Assembly: GCA_951406725.2 (NCBI GenBank)
Contig: OX597817.1
Coordinates: 147,870,001 to 147,934,000 of the forward strand
Length of the DNA: 64,000 bases
From: Octopus vulgaris
Taxonomy: Eukaryota
Reading direction: 5' to 3'
In this document: in pieces, positions 39,701 through 53,697 of the stretch
Layout of the letters: each line of letters starts with the position of its first letter
How positions within the stretch are numbered: the first letter of the stretch is position 1
Position numbers and translations under genes: made by a program
Notes under the pieces: model-generated
The model's database searches: none
Seen by the model: the letters and a program-made list of their open reading frames with translations, nothing else
Told to the model about the DNA's origin: nothing

Positions 39701-39737
39701 GTGAGTAACATTTCAGGGTATTCTTGATGCTATCCTT

Positions 39738-39835
39738 GTAGATGAAGGCTGGAAGGTATATCAGCCGAATCGTTGTGTTAACAACAAACAAGATGAGGAC
39801 AAATAACCATCAAATGTAAATAATGTAAATAATGT
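39738..39835 (+). ncRNA. Degenerate hammerhead-like pLTR remnant
   Basis: GATGA-A-GGCTG(gaaggtatat)CAGCC-GAAt-CGTT. Perfect 5-bp stem II, but the core C3/U4 positions and GAAA are mutated. Confidence 0.45.
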
Positions 39836-39849
39836 AGAAGGAGACAAGT

Positions 39850-40255
39850 GTAACTGCGGATAGAAGAGCAAGGGAGAAATCCAGGTTAGTTGGCAAGAAG
39901 TGTACGAACTATTGGCAAGTAAACCGCATAGGTTACGGGTGTGTTTAAAGGTTCGAAATGGTGGCTTGGGGAAGACATGGCATTAGAACATCCAGCATAT
40001 GCGTGTGCTAGGGCACTGAAGGGGAGCATGGCGGTGTTGTGAAATGGAAAGGGGAGGTATTATGGATGACACAACTTCATGAGTGGAGATCGGCGATGGG
40101 TGAGAACTTGTTGATCTAATGTTTTCGTTGAGGGTATCCGCATCCACTGTGTTGAATCTTGTTGAGATTTCGGCTTGAAATTTGGTCACACGCAGCGAGA
40201 GAGTGAAAACGGAGTATTGTGAGTAAGCGATGGAGAGTTTGGTATGGGTGAGGTT
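39850..40255 (-). mobile_element. Possible degraded Penelope-like thumb/linker fragment
   Basis: VFPKPPFRTFKHTRNL.GLL resembles the PLE linker PP…F(R/K)R..NL…LV. Confidence 0.4.
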
Positions 40256-40261
40256 GTAGTC

Positions 40262-40665
40262 GGCGAGCTGGCAGAAACGCTAGCACGCCGGGCGAAATGT
40301 GTAGACGTATTTCGTCTGCATTTACGTTCTGAGTTCAAATTCCGCCGAGGTCAACTTTGCCTTTCATCATTTCGGGGTCGATAAATTAAGCACCAGTTAC
40401 GCACTGGGGGTCGATATAATACGTTTGTTTGTCCTTGTTTGTCCTCTCTGTGTGTAGCCCCTTGTGGGTAATGAAGAAATAGGTATTTCGTCTGCCGATA
40501 CGTTCTGAGTTCAAATTCCACCGAGGTCGACTTTGCTTTCCTCCTTTCGGGGTCGATAAATTAAGTACCAGTTACGTACTGGGGTCGATATAATCGACTT
40601 AATCCGTTTGTCTGTCCTTGTTTGTCCCATCTGTGTTTAATCCCTTGTGGGCAATAAAGAAATAA
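40262..40665 (+). mobile_element. Family A SINE dimer
   Basis: Junction GAAGAAATA|GGTATTTCGTCTGCC at 40481/2. GTAGTCGG occurs at both ends. Confidence 0.92.
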
Positions 40666-42221
40666 GTAGTCGGTAAAGTTGTGTTAAGAGTAGATGTTAT
40701 TCAAAGTGCTAAATCTGGAGGGGCGACGGCAAAGGGCGATTTCAGTTTTTATGTTTACTCGTCGTCCATTTTTCTCATTGGTAACACGCAAGCATCAAGT
40801 TATGTATGGTTGTTCTTCTTAAAACTCGCATTGCCAGAAGATTCAGAATGATTATAAAATGAGAATTTGAATGTGAAAGATGATTGTTTCAGGGGATAAA
40901 AGTTATAAATAAAATGAAAATGTTATAGTTAGAAATAGAATTCCAGTCAAAGAAATTCACTTCGGCAGTCTTGTTTTATAAACTGCAGTCGGGAATATAC
41001 TGATATTAGGATTGTTATTCACTCGTATCACAAATTATTGTGAAGAAACAGAGTAAATTTTGATGTAACACTAAACCATAGCATATTACTTTTAACGGAT
41101 AGGAGGAGATGAAGATAGAGAGTAGAGAGACAGAGTTTCAGAAACGAAGAAGATGAGACCAACGTATGTGGTAAGTAGAGAAGGAAAATATCTGTTGAAG
41201 TAAATTAAGAATCCGGGGAATATAAAAGCAGAGACATCAACGTAAACGGTGCCATGGAGTTTATTTATGAGCAGAAGTAAACGTAGTACGCAATGCGAGT
41301 GATCTTTTCACAATGATACGCAGTTAAAATACACAGCAAAAAGGGAAAAACGAAACTGACAGAGCGAGCCAAAGATGAGGAAAGAAACGGTAAAACGTGA
41401 ATGGGAAGCAGTAGTGAAAAATGGAGGAAGAAAAAGAGCGATTTAAATAGAACGGGAGATATGTGAGATGGAATGACAAAAAGAAAAATGAGAGCGCCAG
41501 AGACTATCTACAGGAAGACTTATTAATCCCACACAAAGTACAGTATCTCTTGTCTTCTTATTGATTATTTTATGGTAAGCGAACGAGGAATTCGGTGATT
41601 TACTCAAGACAGATGCTATTTAGCTTCAGGTGTTTGGAATATCAATCTCCATTCTCAAAAGACTTAGGTTGTTTATCACAAAGCTTCATTTCAGCTCTGT
41701 TCGTATTTTTCTTAGATTTGGCACTGTTCGCATCAGTTCTCCCCAAAGAAAAGCCAATAAACGCATTATTGCAGGTGATCGATCACTTTGACAATTAAAA
41801 AAATCAATCATAGTAGTATAATGCCTGAAAACTGCTGCAATCGCAGAGTAATCCGAAACTTTTATAGATGATGTACTAATCTGTAGATGACAAATTTTAC
41901 ACTGAAATCTAGATTCAGATAAAGAGAACGATGTTGCTTGTTATATTATGAACCAATCTAAAGTAGTTGTGTGATTGCTGAAAGACTATGTACAAGAATC
42001 AGATATTGTTTCCAAGTCTATTCCTTGACCTTTGCACACCACTTTACATTTTTCAGCATCTCACTTGTATCCTCCCTTCCCACTGTCCTGTGTGCTTCTC
42101 TATACGTGTGCGTATATATGTGAACACATGCACACACGTAGATATATACGCATATATATTTGTATTCATGTATTTATGCATGCAAGAATGTTTATATAAA
42201 TGTGTGTAAATATACATACAT

Positions 42222-42266
<45 letters not shown>

Positions 42267-42809
42267 CACATTTGTTTGTGTGTGTGAGTATATACATGTA
42301 TGTGTGTATGTATTTATGTGCGTATGTGTCTCTTCACGCATATATATCAACTTGTCTTCATACACAGGCATAGTAACTCTCGCACACAGTCACTCCTCCC
42401 TCACACGCTAACACAAAAGCACACACGCACACACATATGTACACGTATTCTAACTCACATACCGATCGATGTTGCGATTATTCAACACAAATATTTTCCA
42501 CAGATATACTGTAAAATTTGAGTCGTAAGCACTTTACTGGCAAAAATAATGTTAAATATGATTATAATTGTATATTGAAACACAGCCAGACATAACACAA
42601 TGCATATTAAAACACTTTAATGAAACTACGCTGTAAAATCTCTCATCATAAGACGCGCTGTTTCGATTCTGTTACTCATTATGGAATAGATCTCCTCTCC
42701 GAGTCATATAAACTCATGTAGACTCATATAAACTAATATAGACTGGGTTCCTACTACCCAGCTGAGTGGACTTGAGCAACGAAAAAATGTTTTGCTCAAG
42801 AACATAAAA

Positions 42810-43050
42810 CAGAGATAGCTGTCTGTAAGTGCAAGCCCCGTGAGTCAGAGTGGCAGTTCCAGCGCATATCCGTCGCCATCCTCCGAGGCAACGCCTTTTC
42901 TATTTTGTCTCTTGGAAATATGAGGCGGTCTGACGTCCAAGAAATTGTACGTTCCACTCCTTAATGTAAAATTACTCCATATCTATGCATATGCAGGGAA
43001 CTGCTTATTTATGAAACTTGCGATTTTGCTCTGTTCATATGAACGTTTAG
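42810..43050 (+). mobile_element. 3' end of CRE-like RLE non-LTR retrotransposon
   Basis: PRESEWQFQRISVAILRGNAFSIL matches the QR(L/I)S.A.QRGNA C-terminal motif. The right boundary is approximate. Confidence 0.65.
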
Positions 43051-43370
43051 CAATTTATTGCAAATTAGATGATAGTAGTATGCCTGTTATTTTTGTCGGG
43101 AATTAATAAACACTTCCAGTAAATCAGGAGTATAATATACGGAAATACCACGAGTTTTTCGCCACGTATGATACCTTAGGGTATCATAGAATATTCTAGT
43201 GACCATAAGTATCAACCATAAAAGAAAATGGTGAGTTGTGACGGAAGGAACCATTAACTACAACAGAATATGTTTTAATTCATATGGAAATTAAGCTAAA
43301 TGCAGTGCTGTTATACATACATGCATACACACACACACACACACACACACATACATATATAATATATATA

Positions 43371-43550
43371 AAGTTAATCCAAACAAGAAAACACAGAAAA
43401 AAACACAGCAACGCGAGGACGTGGAACAATTAAAGTATTATTTGACGCTCAGGAAAGAAGGGAAGGATGGTTTAACATTTCGAGCGGAGCTCTTCGTCGG
43501 AAACAAAGGAGAAGGAAAGATCCCGAGAAGGGAAGACAGGGGAAAAAAAT
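43371..43550 (-). mobile_element. Short hammerhead-bearing Penelope-like pLTR remnant
   Basis: Hammerhead at 43470-43504 on minus strand: GTTT-CCGACGA-A-GAGC(tcc)GCTC-GAAA-tg-TT-AAAC. Bounded by TA-rich repeats. Confidence 0.65.
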
Positions 43551-43582
43551 TTTTTTGCTCATATATATGATGTATGTATCGC

Positions 43583-43755
<173 letters not shown>

Positions 43756-44697
43756 TACAATACTTCTTATATACATTTGATATTTATTCATAGAAGAGTA
43801 CGCATAAAGATTGTTATCTGCCCCAATTCCAGAATATCCTGTATACATATAAGAACAGCAGACAACGAGAAGTAATTGTGAGCCAGCAACTTTCATTGCT
43901 TTTGTTTCTGAGTTTTTGATAAATATGGCAAAAATGTAGTTTATTGGAAATTAAAAGTGCTGAAACTGAAATAGTATCTTTGGTATCATCTGACGTAACA
44001 CAAGAAATTAAACCTATTATTTGTTACAAGCACTTTCCATTTATACTTAAATGTCCTTCATGCCTTTACTTTTCCTCTGATAGCGCTGTATAGCGTAGGC
44101 TGAACTACTTTTCCGTCAAAATATTACAGAAACACAAACTCGAAGTTATATTATCGCGCAGTCAATACTGGAGGCGCCAAAGAATTTAGTGCCTCCTTTA
44201 GATGGTTCATATCTTCATTTCACTCGACAAAGGTATAAATTGGGTGAAATGTAATTTATAGAAAAGTTTAAACAGCGCATATTTTTAAAAAAGATATAAC
44301 AATATTTTTTTTTAAACTTAAATAATATTTTAATTAAATTGTAATTAAATTGTTCGTCTGAATCCAACCAAATCAAATCAGATTTTTTCATATTCGTTTG
44401 AAAGGAAATTATGAACTTTGTAATCTAAGGGAGAAAGACTTTAAACCCTTCATCTATCATTTATTTACATTGCTATTAGCAATAATCATTAATTATCAAT
44501 TTGTTAATTAAATGTTGCACAAAGAACAAAATAATTAGCATCATTAATTTTTTTTTCATAAAGAATTGGTTATTGGGAAGTTATTTTTAAATCTATATGT
44601 TCATCTGTTTGGTTCCTAAAGCGAGCAAACAAAAAACTTCACCTTTGATACACTCACACACACAAACGTATGTATGCATGTATGCATATATGTCTGT

Positions 44698-44764
<67 letters not shown>

Positions 44765-45639
44765 GATACATAGATAGATAATGTACACATTGTGTGTTCG
44801 TGTGTACATATACGTCTCTAAATATATATATATATATATATTCGTGCATGTATATATATTACTGTAACTCATTATATATATAATTTGTTTTGACGGCTTT
44901 TTATCAAACACTATACATATTGCACTGCGTTTGTTTTGAAAGAATTTCATATGTACTTAACTTTAGGTGTTCTGCGACTTCAGCATTAACTATTTTACTA
45001 TTTTTCCTGTAATTGCTTTATAATAGTATTCTTAACAAAGAACACAATTGCACACACTTCAATATACAAACACACACGCAAATCTTCATATGAAAAGACG
45101 AAGGCAACCTACTGTAAAATAAACGATATCAATACCAGTATAAGTACTGACTTCTCAGTACTTATACTGTTAAAGTATAAAGAACAATGCGTCGTACATA
45201 TCTGCAAGATAGTAGTTACATACGAACTACTAACTAAAGTCCAAGCATATATGATAATATGCGCCACTGATCGATTCTAAATAGGATGCAAATACAGAAT
45301 AAATTGAGAACTGGCCACTAATATCTTGCTTAAATCCTCGGAGAGTTCTTGTCACAAAATATTGTTGCGTTCAGAAAATAGAGATCCATTATATTATCAA
45401 AATGTTTCTATGCAAATTTATTGCTGAAAACCATTTTCAGACGAAGCTGGAATTTCCGAATAAATAGATACATGAAATAATTCTTTTTTTTTCTTTTCCT
45501 TGCCGAATCCAAAAGTATTCTGATGGAGTTTGTATATATTGAGGTATTATAATACAATTATATAATTGAAATATATCACTTTGCAGACAATGAATGAAAG
45601 ACGCATACATCCAATTACACATATACATACAAGAAATGA

Positions 45640-46680
<1,041 letters not shown>

Positions 46681-47684
46681 ACTTAAGAGTTACCTATTAT
46701 TTCATATGGTGAAAAAACACTATTCAACAAGGATAACCAACAATAGTGGTAAGTTTGTCATCACCATTTTGCCATTTTGCTATCGTAGCATCAAGGTTCA
46801 CCTCCCAGAAGAATGACAAATGTATAGGATAATACCGCGTGATATGAAGGTATCTATGGTTTTTATTGTCTGAAAAGGAACCAGAGTCTAAACCGTTGAA
46901 GAGATAATCTCCTTACGGTGATGTATATTTTTTTCTATTAAAAATTGGTGATAGTAAAAACGAAGCACGCATTGGATTGGAAATAACATAGATTAAATGG
47001 TTATTGATGTTGGTGTTGTTGTTTTAACATTGTTCACTATAATTAAAAGCATTCGAGCCGAGAGAATTCTGTGTTTTATAATTCACTGTATAGAATTACA
47101 TTATCAAATGCTTCTTCATTCAAGAGGGTAGAATAGAGATAGAAATTTGCTTACTATTCTTAGCAGGTGAAACGACCTCATGGAGGCTCCGCTTGGTTTG
47201 AATATGTTATTACTCAGTTGTCAGGCTGGAACTAGAGAGAGAGATTTAGCTGTTGTTGGTTGCAGGTCGAGAGTGTGAGAGATGAAGAATGACAGATAAA
47301 GACAAATAGATATATAGAATGATAGATAGATAGAGAGAAAGAGCACCAAGAAACTATCGTTATTTCGGTGAGATGTCATTGGCATTTCGATTAGCGACCT
47401 TCACTGTACTTTGAAATATCAATTTTCTCTAACGTTATGGTTGAAGTGTAGCTGCATACATTGGTAACTAAAGAGGAAGCCTCTTCGAATGAGGAAGTTG
47501 AGGAAAATTGTTGTCAAGCCTCACTCAAATACCACCCAATCAGTGAATACAAAGAGAAAAAAATAATACATATTTAGAAAAAGTGATCTTCATATGTTAG
47601 AAATGCTTCGATTACAAGTCTGCTGGTTAAGAGTCTTGTCAGCGTCATCATCACACCTATCATAGTAGTCGTCTCACCACCACC

Positions 47685-47716
<32 letters not shown>

Positions 47717-48794
47717 CACCAAATATTTACGCCATTTCTCTTTAGTTTCAGACACTAAAACAAAACCATGATTTTTCCACGCTACACAACAACCTTATGC
47801 GTTTTACACATAAGGTTTTCACATAAGCTTCGCGCATAACGTTTTAACATAAGGATCAAACATAAAGTTCACACATAGTTCAATTCCGTTCATGTCTGCG
47901 CACCAAACAGCGAATTTCTCCAGGGAAATCGATCTGTTGCATCCTTTTCCAATGTTCGTTGACAGCCTTCAGATCTTCGAAAAACAAAATTTAACGTCAC
48001 ATGTATCAGGCTATATCTCGGTCTTCGCTTTTCTCTTATCCGTGTCTTTAAATAACAATGATTCGGCTATTCTGAGACGTATCTAGCCAATTGTATTCTT
48101 AGTTACACTTCACGGAGGGCTTCAAATATTCTGGAAGATATCCACAGCTAAATCATCGAACTGATGTTGAGTGACGGGAATCGTAGATTATCTAGAACAG
48201 ACAATGATTAAGCAATACTTTCAATATAACTGACAAGTGATAACGGGAACAGGTTGCTGAAAATCTACGATACAACATGTTACAACACGTATTTTACTCG
48301 TACAGATATAAAAAACACAACGTGGCGGACACAAAATATAAGAAAACTAACGCAATTTATTACATCAATATAAAAGAATGGAACACGATGTTTAAGGCTT
48401 TATGATTCTTTTCATGTTGGTTCTGATCAAACGTTATGATGAATAGACGTTAAGTTATGACTGAAGGAAATCCAGCAGATGAAAGTGATCAGAGCATATT
48501 GCAGTCGGAGACATGGCCATCAAAGCTCAGTTGCGGTTAATGTGAAAGAACATTTTCTAAGGTCTGCAACAGAAAAGCGATTTTGCAATATTGTGATGGA
48601 TGTTTAGAGGAGAGGCCTGAGGAAAGGAGGGAACGATGAAAAATTGGGCTAAGGAACAGATTAGGAAAATAACGCTGGAAGTATACAAGAAAATTGACGT
48701 TGATTGCTGAGATAAAGAACGAGAGATGCAACAAGTGCTGTATAAATGTGTCAGCTGTTAAATCACAAAGTAACGAGAGGTTACTGAATACAAT

Positions 48795-49006
48795 CCTTTA
48801 TACTATAGGCACAAGGCCTGAAGTTTGGGGGAAGCGGATAATCGATTACATCGACCCCATTATGTAACTGATACTTATTTCATCGACCCCAAAAGGATGA
48901 AAAGCAAAGTCGATCTCGGCGGAATTTGAACCCAGAACGTAGCGGCAGAAAAATTTCGCTAAACATTTTGCCTGGTGTGCTAACAATTCTGCCAGCTTGC
49001 CGCCTT
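48795..49006 (-). mobile_element. SINE family A (tail B)
   Basis: Head aaggcggcaagctggcag and tail caggccttgtgcctatagta. Confidence 0.85.
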
Positions 49007-50430
49007 GAAAAAGGAATTGGGATTTTTTCTTTGGTTTAGGTGTCTTCTTTTGCGTGTCTCCATCTGTGTGTATGTGTGGGCGTATGTGTACGTAAAGAGT
49101 TGTGTGTGTGTGTCTTTGTGAGTGCGTGTTTTTCTGATGTTTCCTTTTTTGTGCATGTGTGTATTTGTATGAGTATGTATTTGTGATGTTTTCTTTTGTA
49201 TGTGTATGTGAGTGTATGTGTGTGTGTTTGTGTGTATGTTTTTGTGATGTTCTCTTCTTTGAGTATGTGTGTATGTATGTTTGTGTGTGTGTGTGTGTGT
49301 GTGTGCTGGCATATATGTATATTGAAAAAAGATTTGGGAAATGATAGGAAGTATTTTTAAAATGATAATAATATGTATAAAATTGTTTAAAATAGTTTTT
49401 AAGTGTCTGTTGTTATTTATTGATAGTGGTTGGTCTATATTTAATTGTGGTTTATACTTGCTGATAAATTGTCTTTTTTATTCACTCTTTGTTGTTGATT
49501 GACGAAATCTGAGCACTTGCAGAGGGGAAAATATTTTGAAATTAGGTAAGTCCATTCCTGCACAGGCTGCAATGTGACGGCTTAAAAGAATTTTCCTTGT
49601 GCTTTTGTCTCGGATTTGTTGGCGATAGGTCGTCATTCTGTTGCGTAACGATCCACCCATGTGACCTATATAATTATGCTGGCAACGATCCACCCATGTG
49701 ACCTATATAATTATGCTGGTAACCATTGCATGTGTTACGTAAATCAAGTTTTTGCGTGTTGGACTTCACTTTGGAGGTTTGCCCATCTTTGAATTTAAAT
49801 TCTGGTCCTTCAATTAGGCAAAGGCAGGTGCCGCAGTTTGTTCTCTCGCATTTTGTCACCGTAGGGTTAGATTTTTCCTTGAGTTGGGGGTTTCTTAATG
49901 TATCATTTAAGCAGTCACATTGCACCCGGTGCAGGAACGGTCTTACCTAATTTCAAAATATTTCCTTTATACAAGTAATCAACCAACAAAGACTGAATAA
50001 AGAAAGACGATTTATCAGCAAGTACAAATCAAAATTTAAAAAATGCCCAACCACAACCAATAAATAAGAACAATCACTTCAAAACAATTTTATACAAATC
50101 CTTATCATTTTTTAAAAATACTCCCCATCATTTCCTAAATAATTTTTTTGATATACTTATATACCAGTACACACACACATATACACAAACACACAAACAC
50201 ATACAAACATATTGACATACACAAAAAAGAAAACATCACAAAAATTACACACACACAAATACATATACAGACACACACATACACACAAAAGAAAACATCA
50301 CAAACACACACACACAAACACGCACGCAGACACACATATACACACAGCTGGTGACCAGACACATACACACAAGTGGAGACACTCAAAAGAAGACACCTAA
50401 CCCAAAGGAAAATACCAATTCTCTTTTCAA
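49007..50430 (-). mobile_element. Degraded 5'-truncated Penelope-like element with inverted terminal copy
   Basis: GIY-YIG remnant (KCERTNCGTC…TCNGYQHNYIG…LRNRMTTYRQQI…SRHIAAC) at 49480-49900. 49007-49550 is inverted relative to ~49943-50430. Confidence 0.8.
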
Positions 50431-50849
50431 CAAGAGAACATCACAGTATACACACCCATCAACTCACAAATGGTCATTTTTCAAAACATATTGAAAGGAC
50501 ATTCGACACAATACACACACACACACACGCATCCCCTCACACGCACCCCCCACACACACAGATGGACATAAAACCTATTCAATAAATGCTTTTTAGCCTC
50601 TCCCTTGACAGGAATACACAAAGATTTCTTTCACACACAAAGATTTCTTTCAGACAGACAATAGACAACCCTTCTCTCTCTCTCTCTCTCTCTGAACTCT
50701 ACACCAAACTATATTTAAAGAAGACTTCACCGAAAAATCTCCAGACATGTTCTTGAACTCCAGACGAAATATAGGATGTTTTTACTTAAAATTTTTCAAA
50801 TTTTTATAAATTCTATTTAATGGTATTTGATAAGATGAAATACATCGAA

Positions 50850-51683
50850 ACCGGAGGTGGGAGGGTGGCTGATAGTAGATTCGCACCTCTCCTTGAAAAA
50901 TGCATGTTTTTGAAAAACAAAATTTCGGATTCGTACGTTTTAGATGCCAGAAATTACGAAGATGCAAACAAAACATTTTAAATTTAATCACCTCTTCCCC
51001 TCCCACAGTTTAAAGTTTTGATTTTGTTTACTTTAAAGAAATCGTAGCGAATTGACGAACATATAGCAAATCGAAATTAAATATAGACAAAACATTTAAC
51101 TGAAAAGAATTTGCGTTTTACTTGTTTGCCTTAAATAATCGTAAATAATAATTTAATGTAAATTAAATATTCACCATTTTATGAGAAACAAACATTAATG
51201 TTTAACAACTAAAGTTATAAAGTTTAGAAAGGGTCTCAAATTCCAACCCTCCCCCAGTTTTAAATTTTGAACTTTTTCTCTCATTTATCTATTTATCTGT
51301 CTATTTATTTATCCCTGTCCGTTTATTCATAAAATATATTTGTCAACTAAATGTGGCGGTCCTATAGAAAACGGTGTTACTGTTGGTTTTAGCCCTAGGA
51401 AGACATACATATCTATCTATCTCTTTATACACCTATCTATATGCTTATTGAATTTAAAATTTTGAAAACAAGGCTTCCTACTCATTCAGAATCTCCGTCA
51501 TCTAAAACAGGGAAAAAAATTTCGAAAAAGTTCAAAATTTTAAATGGGGGTGGGGTGGAGTAGTAGTTGTGGTGGTGGTGAGGATAAAATTTTTTTTTCC
51601 TATTCGTAGGAATACGGAAAAGTTTTTCAAAAGAATGCATGTTTCAAGGAGAGGTACGAAACTGCTTTAGCCCTGAAACCGGT
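50850..51683. mobile_element. MITE-like element with ~80-bp imperfect TIRs
   Basis: ccgg…ggct.a.agtag.ttcgcacctctccttgaaaaatgcatgtttttgaaaaac is inverted at 51604-51683. Confidence 0.6.
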
Positions 51684-52192
51684 AATATTAATATTTTTTA
51701 TTAAATTCCCTCTTAAATTGACTTACTTCTGTGCTATTTCCTTCTCTATCATTTTCATATATAAAAATTTTATTTGTATAGTTCTTTAATCTTTCAACGA
51801 TATATATATATATATATATATATATGTTAGATGCATATATATACATACATGTATCTATATATATATATATATACATAAATATATATATAAATGGATGATT
51901 GAATTATCCTAGTTTACCGTTAACATGGAAAATTCAATAAACAGTTACCAGAGTAGCAAAATTTACGCAAGTAACACGGATGAAGCAACCTATTCAAAGG
52001 TAGAAACTGCGGGTTAATGTGCAGTAATTTGTGTTATATAAGTAAATATATGGAGTTTATTTTTTACTTCCGACATATGTTTCGAAGACAACATTGGCTA
52101 TCTGTATCTATATCTATATATATATTTATGCATATATATATATATACATAAATATATATATGGATACAGATATAGATATAGATACAGATATG

Positions 52193-52254
<62 letters not shown>

Positions 52255-52271
52255 TATATATATATAATATA

Positions 52272-53127
52272 ACAAAGTCTGATCGACAAGTATCCAAATT
52301 CGTGCTATAAAAACAAAACTAAAACACATGCCAATTTGGCATTTAATCTCCTTCAAAGTAGACCCCTTCTGAAGCCACACACTTAATCCAGCGCTGTTTT
52401 CGTTGGTGTAAAGATTCCCGAAAGTCATTTTCTGGTATAATCTGTGGCTGCCTCCTCGCATTCATTCTGATTTCCTCGACGTCCTGAAATCTTCCTTTCA
52501 AGCGGCTTTTAATTTTTGGAAAGAGGAAAAAATGTCGCAGGGTGTGGGGTGAGATCCGAGGAATACGGTGGCTATCGGACCAGGGAAATGCTGTGTCTAG
52601 CCCAAAACTGCTGCACTAGCTGCGCGGAATGGGCAGGTGTGTTGTCAGCTGAAAGCAGTTTTGGCATAAACTTGACAGACACGCGTCTAATACCCGAATC
52701 TTCAGTGAAAATGGACGGAACAGAATCGTAACTAATCTTCACATCCTCTGATAACCCACGGATGGTAATTCGACGATTTCCTCTCACAGCTGCACGCACA
52801 TCTGCGATGTTTTTCTTAGTTTTGTTGGTTGCGGGCCACCCAGAAGATTCGTCAATATCGACATTATTTCGGTTGGTAATTTCAGCTACATACACTTTCT
52901 GCAACATTGCGTACGCCTCTGAGCATGTACTGCTAAGCTTTTGGCAAGATCTGATGCAGATTCATGGTCGTTGCAACGATCACACGCTACACACGTTCCT
53001 TCCAAGCACAAATGTAAACAGAAGAAGTGAACTAGGACGTTAAAACTTAGTGCACATGCACAGCAGGTTTCAATGCTTTAACTTCGTTACCATGGCAACA
53101 ATCCGGATACTTATTCATCAGACTACG

Positions 53128-53129
<2 letters not shown>
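52272..53129 (-). mobile_element. Internally deleted mariner (Tc1/mariner) transposon
   Basis: TIRs agtctgatcgacaagtatcc / ggatacttattcatcagact with terminal TA. Translation SGWPAT…NRRITIR.L…RRVSVKFMPKLL fused directly to DNTPAH. Confidence 0.88.
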
Positions 53130-53171
<42 letters not shown>

Positions 53172-53174
<3 letters not shown>

Positions 53175-53619
53175 TTGTATCAGTCATTTTACTGCGGCCA
53201 TACTGGAGCACCGCTTTTAGTCGAGCAAATCTACCCAAGGACTTATTCTTTGTAAGCCTAGTACTTATTCTATCGGTCGCTCTTGGTGAACCGCTAGGTG
53301 ACGGGGACGTAAACACACCAGCATCGGTTGTCAAACGATTGGACAAACACAGACACACAAACATATACATACACACACACATATATACATACACACACAT
53401 ATATATATATATATATATATGTTAGATATATATATATATATACATATATATATGTATATATATACGACGGGATTCTTTCAGTTTCCGTCTATCAAATCCA
53501 CTCACAAGGCTTTGGTCGGCCCGAGGCTATAGTAGAAAACACTTGCCCAAGGTGCCACGCAGTGGGACTGAACTCGGAACCATGTGGTTAGTAAGCAAGC
53601 CACTTACCACACAGCCACT
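53172..53619 (-). mobile_element. Full-length SINE family D with internal microsatellite
   Basis: tRNA-like head gtggctgtgtggtaagtggcttgctt…gttcagtccc, CORE-like accttgggcaagt, internal (TA/TG)n, and tail gtgctccagtatggccgcagt. Confidence 0.88.
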
Positions 53620-53635
53620 ATATATATATATATAT

Positions 53636-53697
<62 letters not shown>

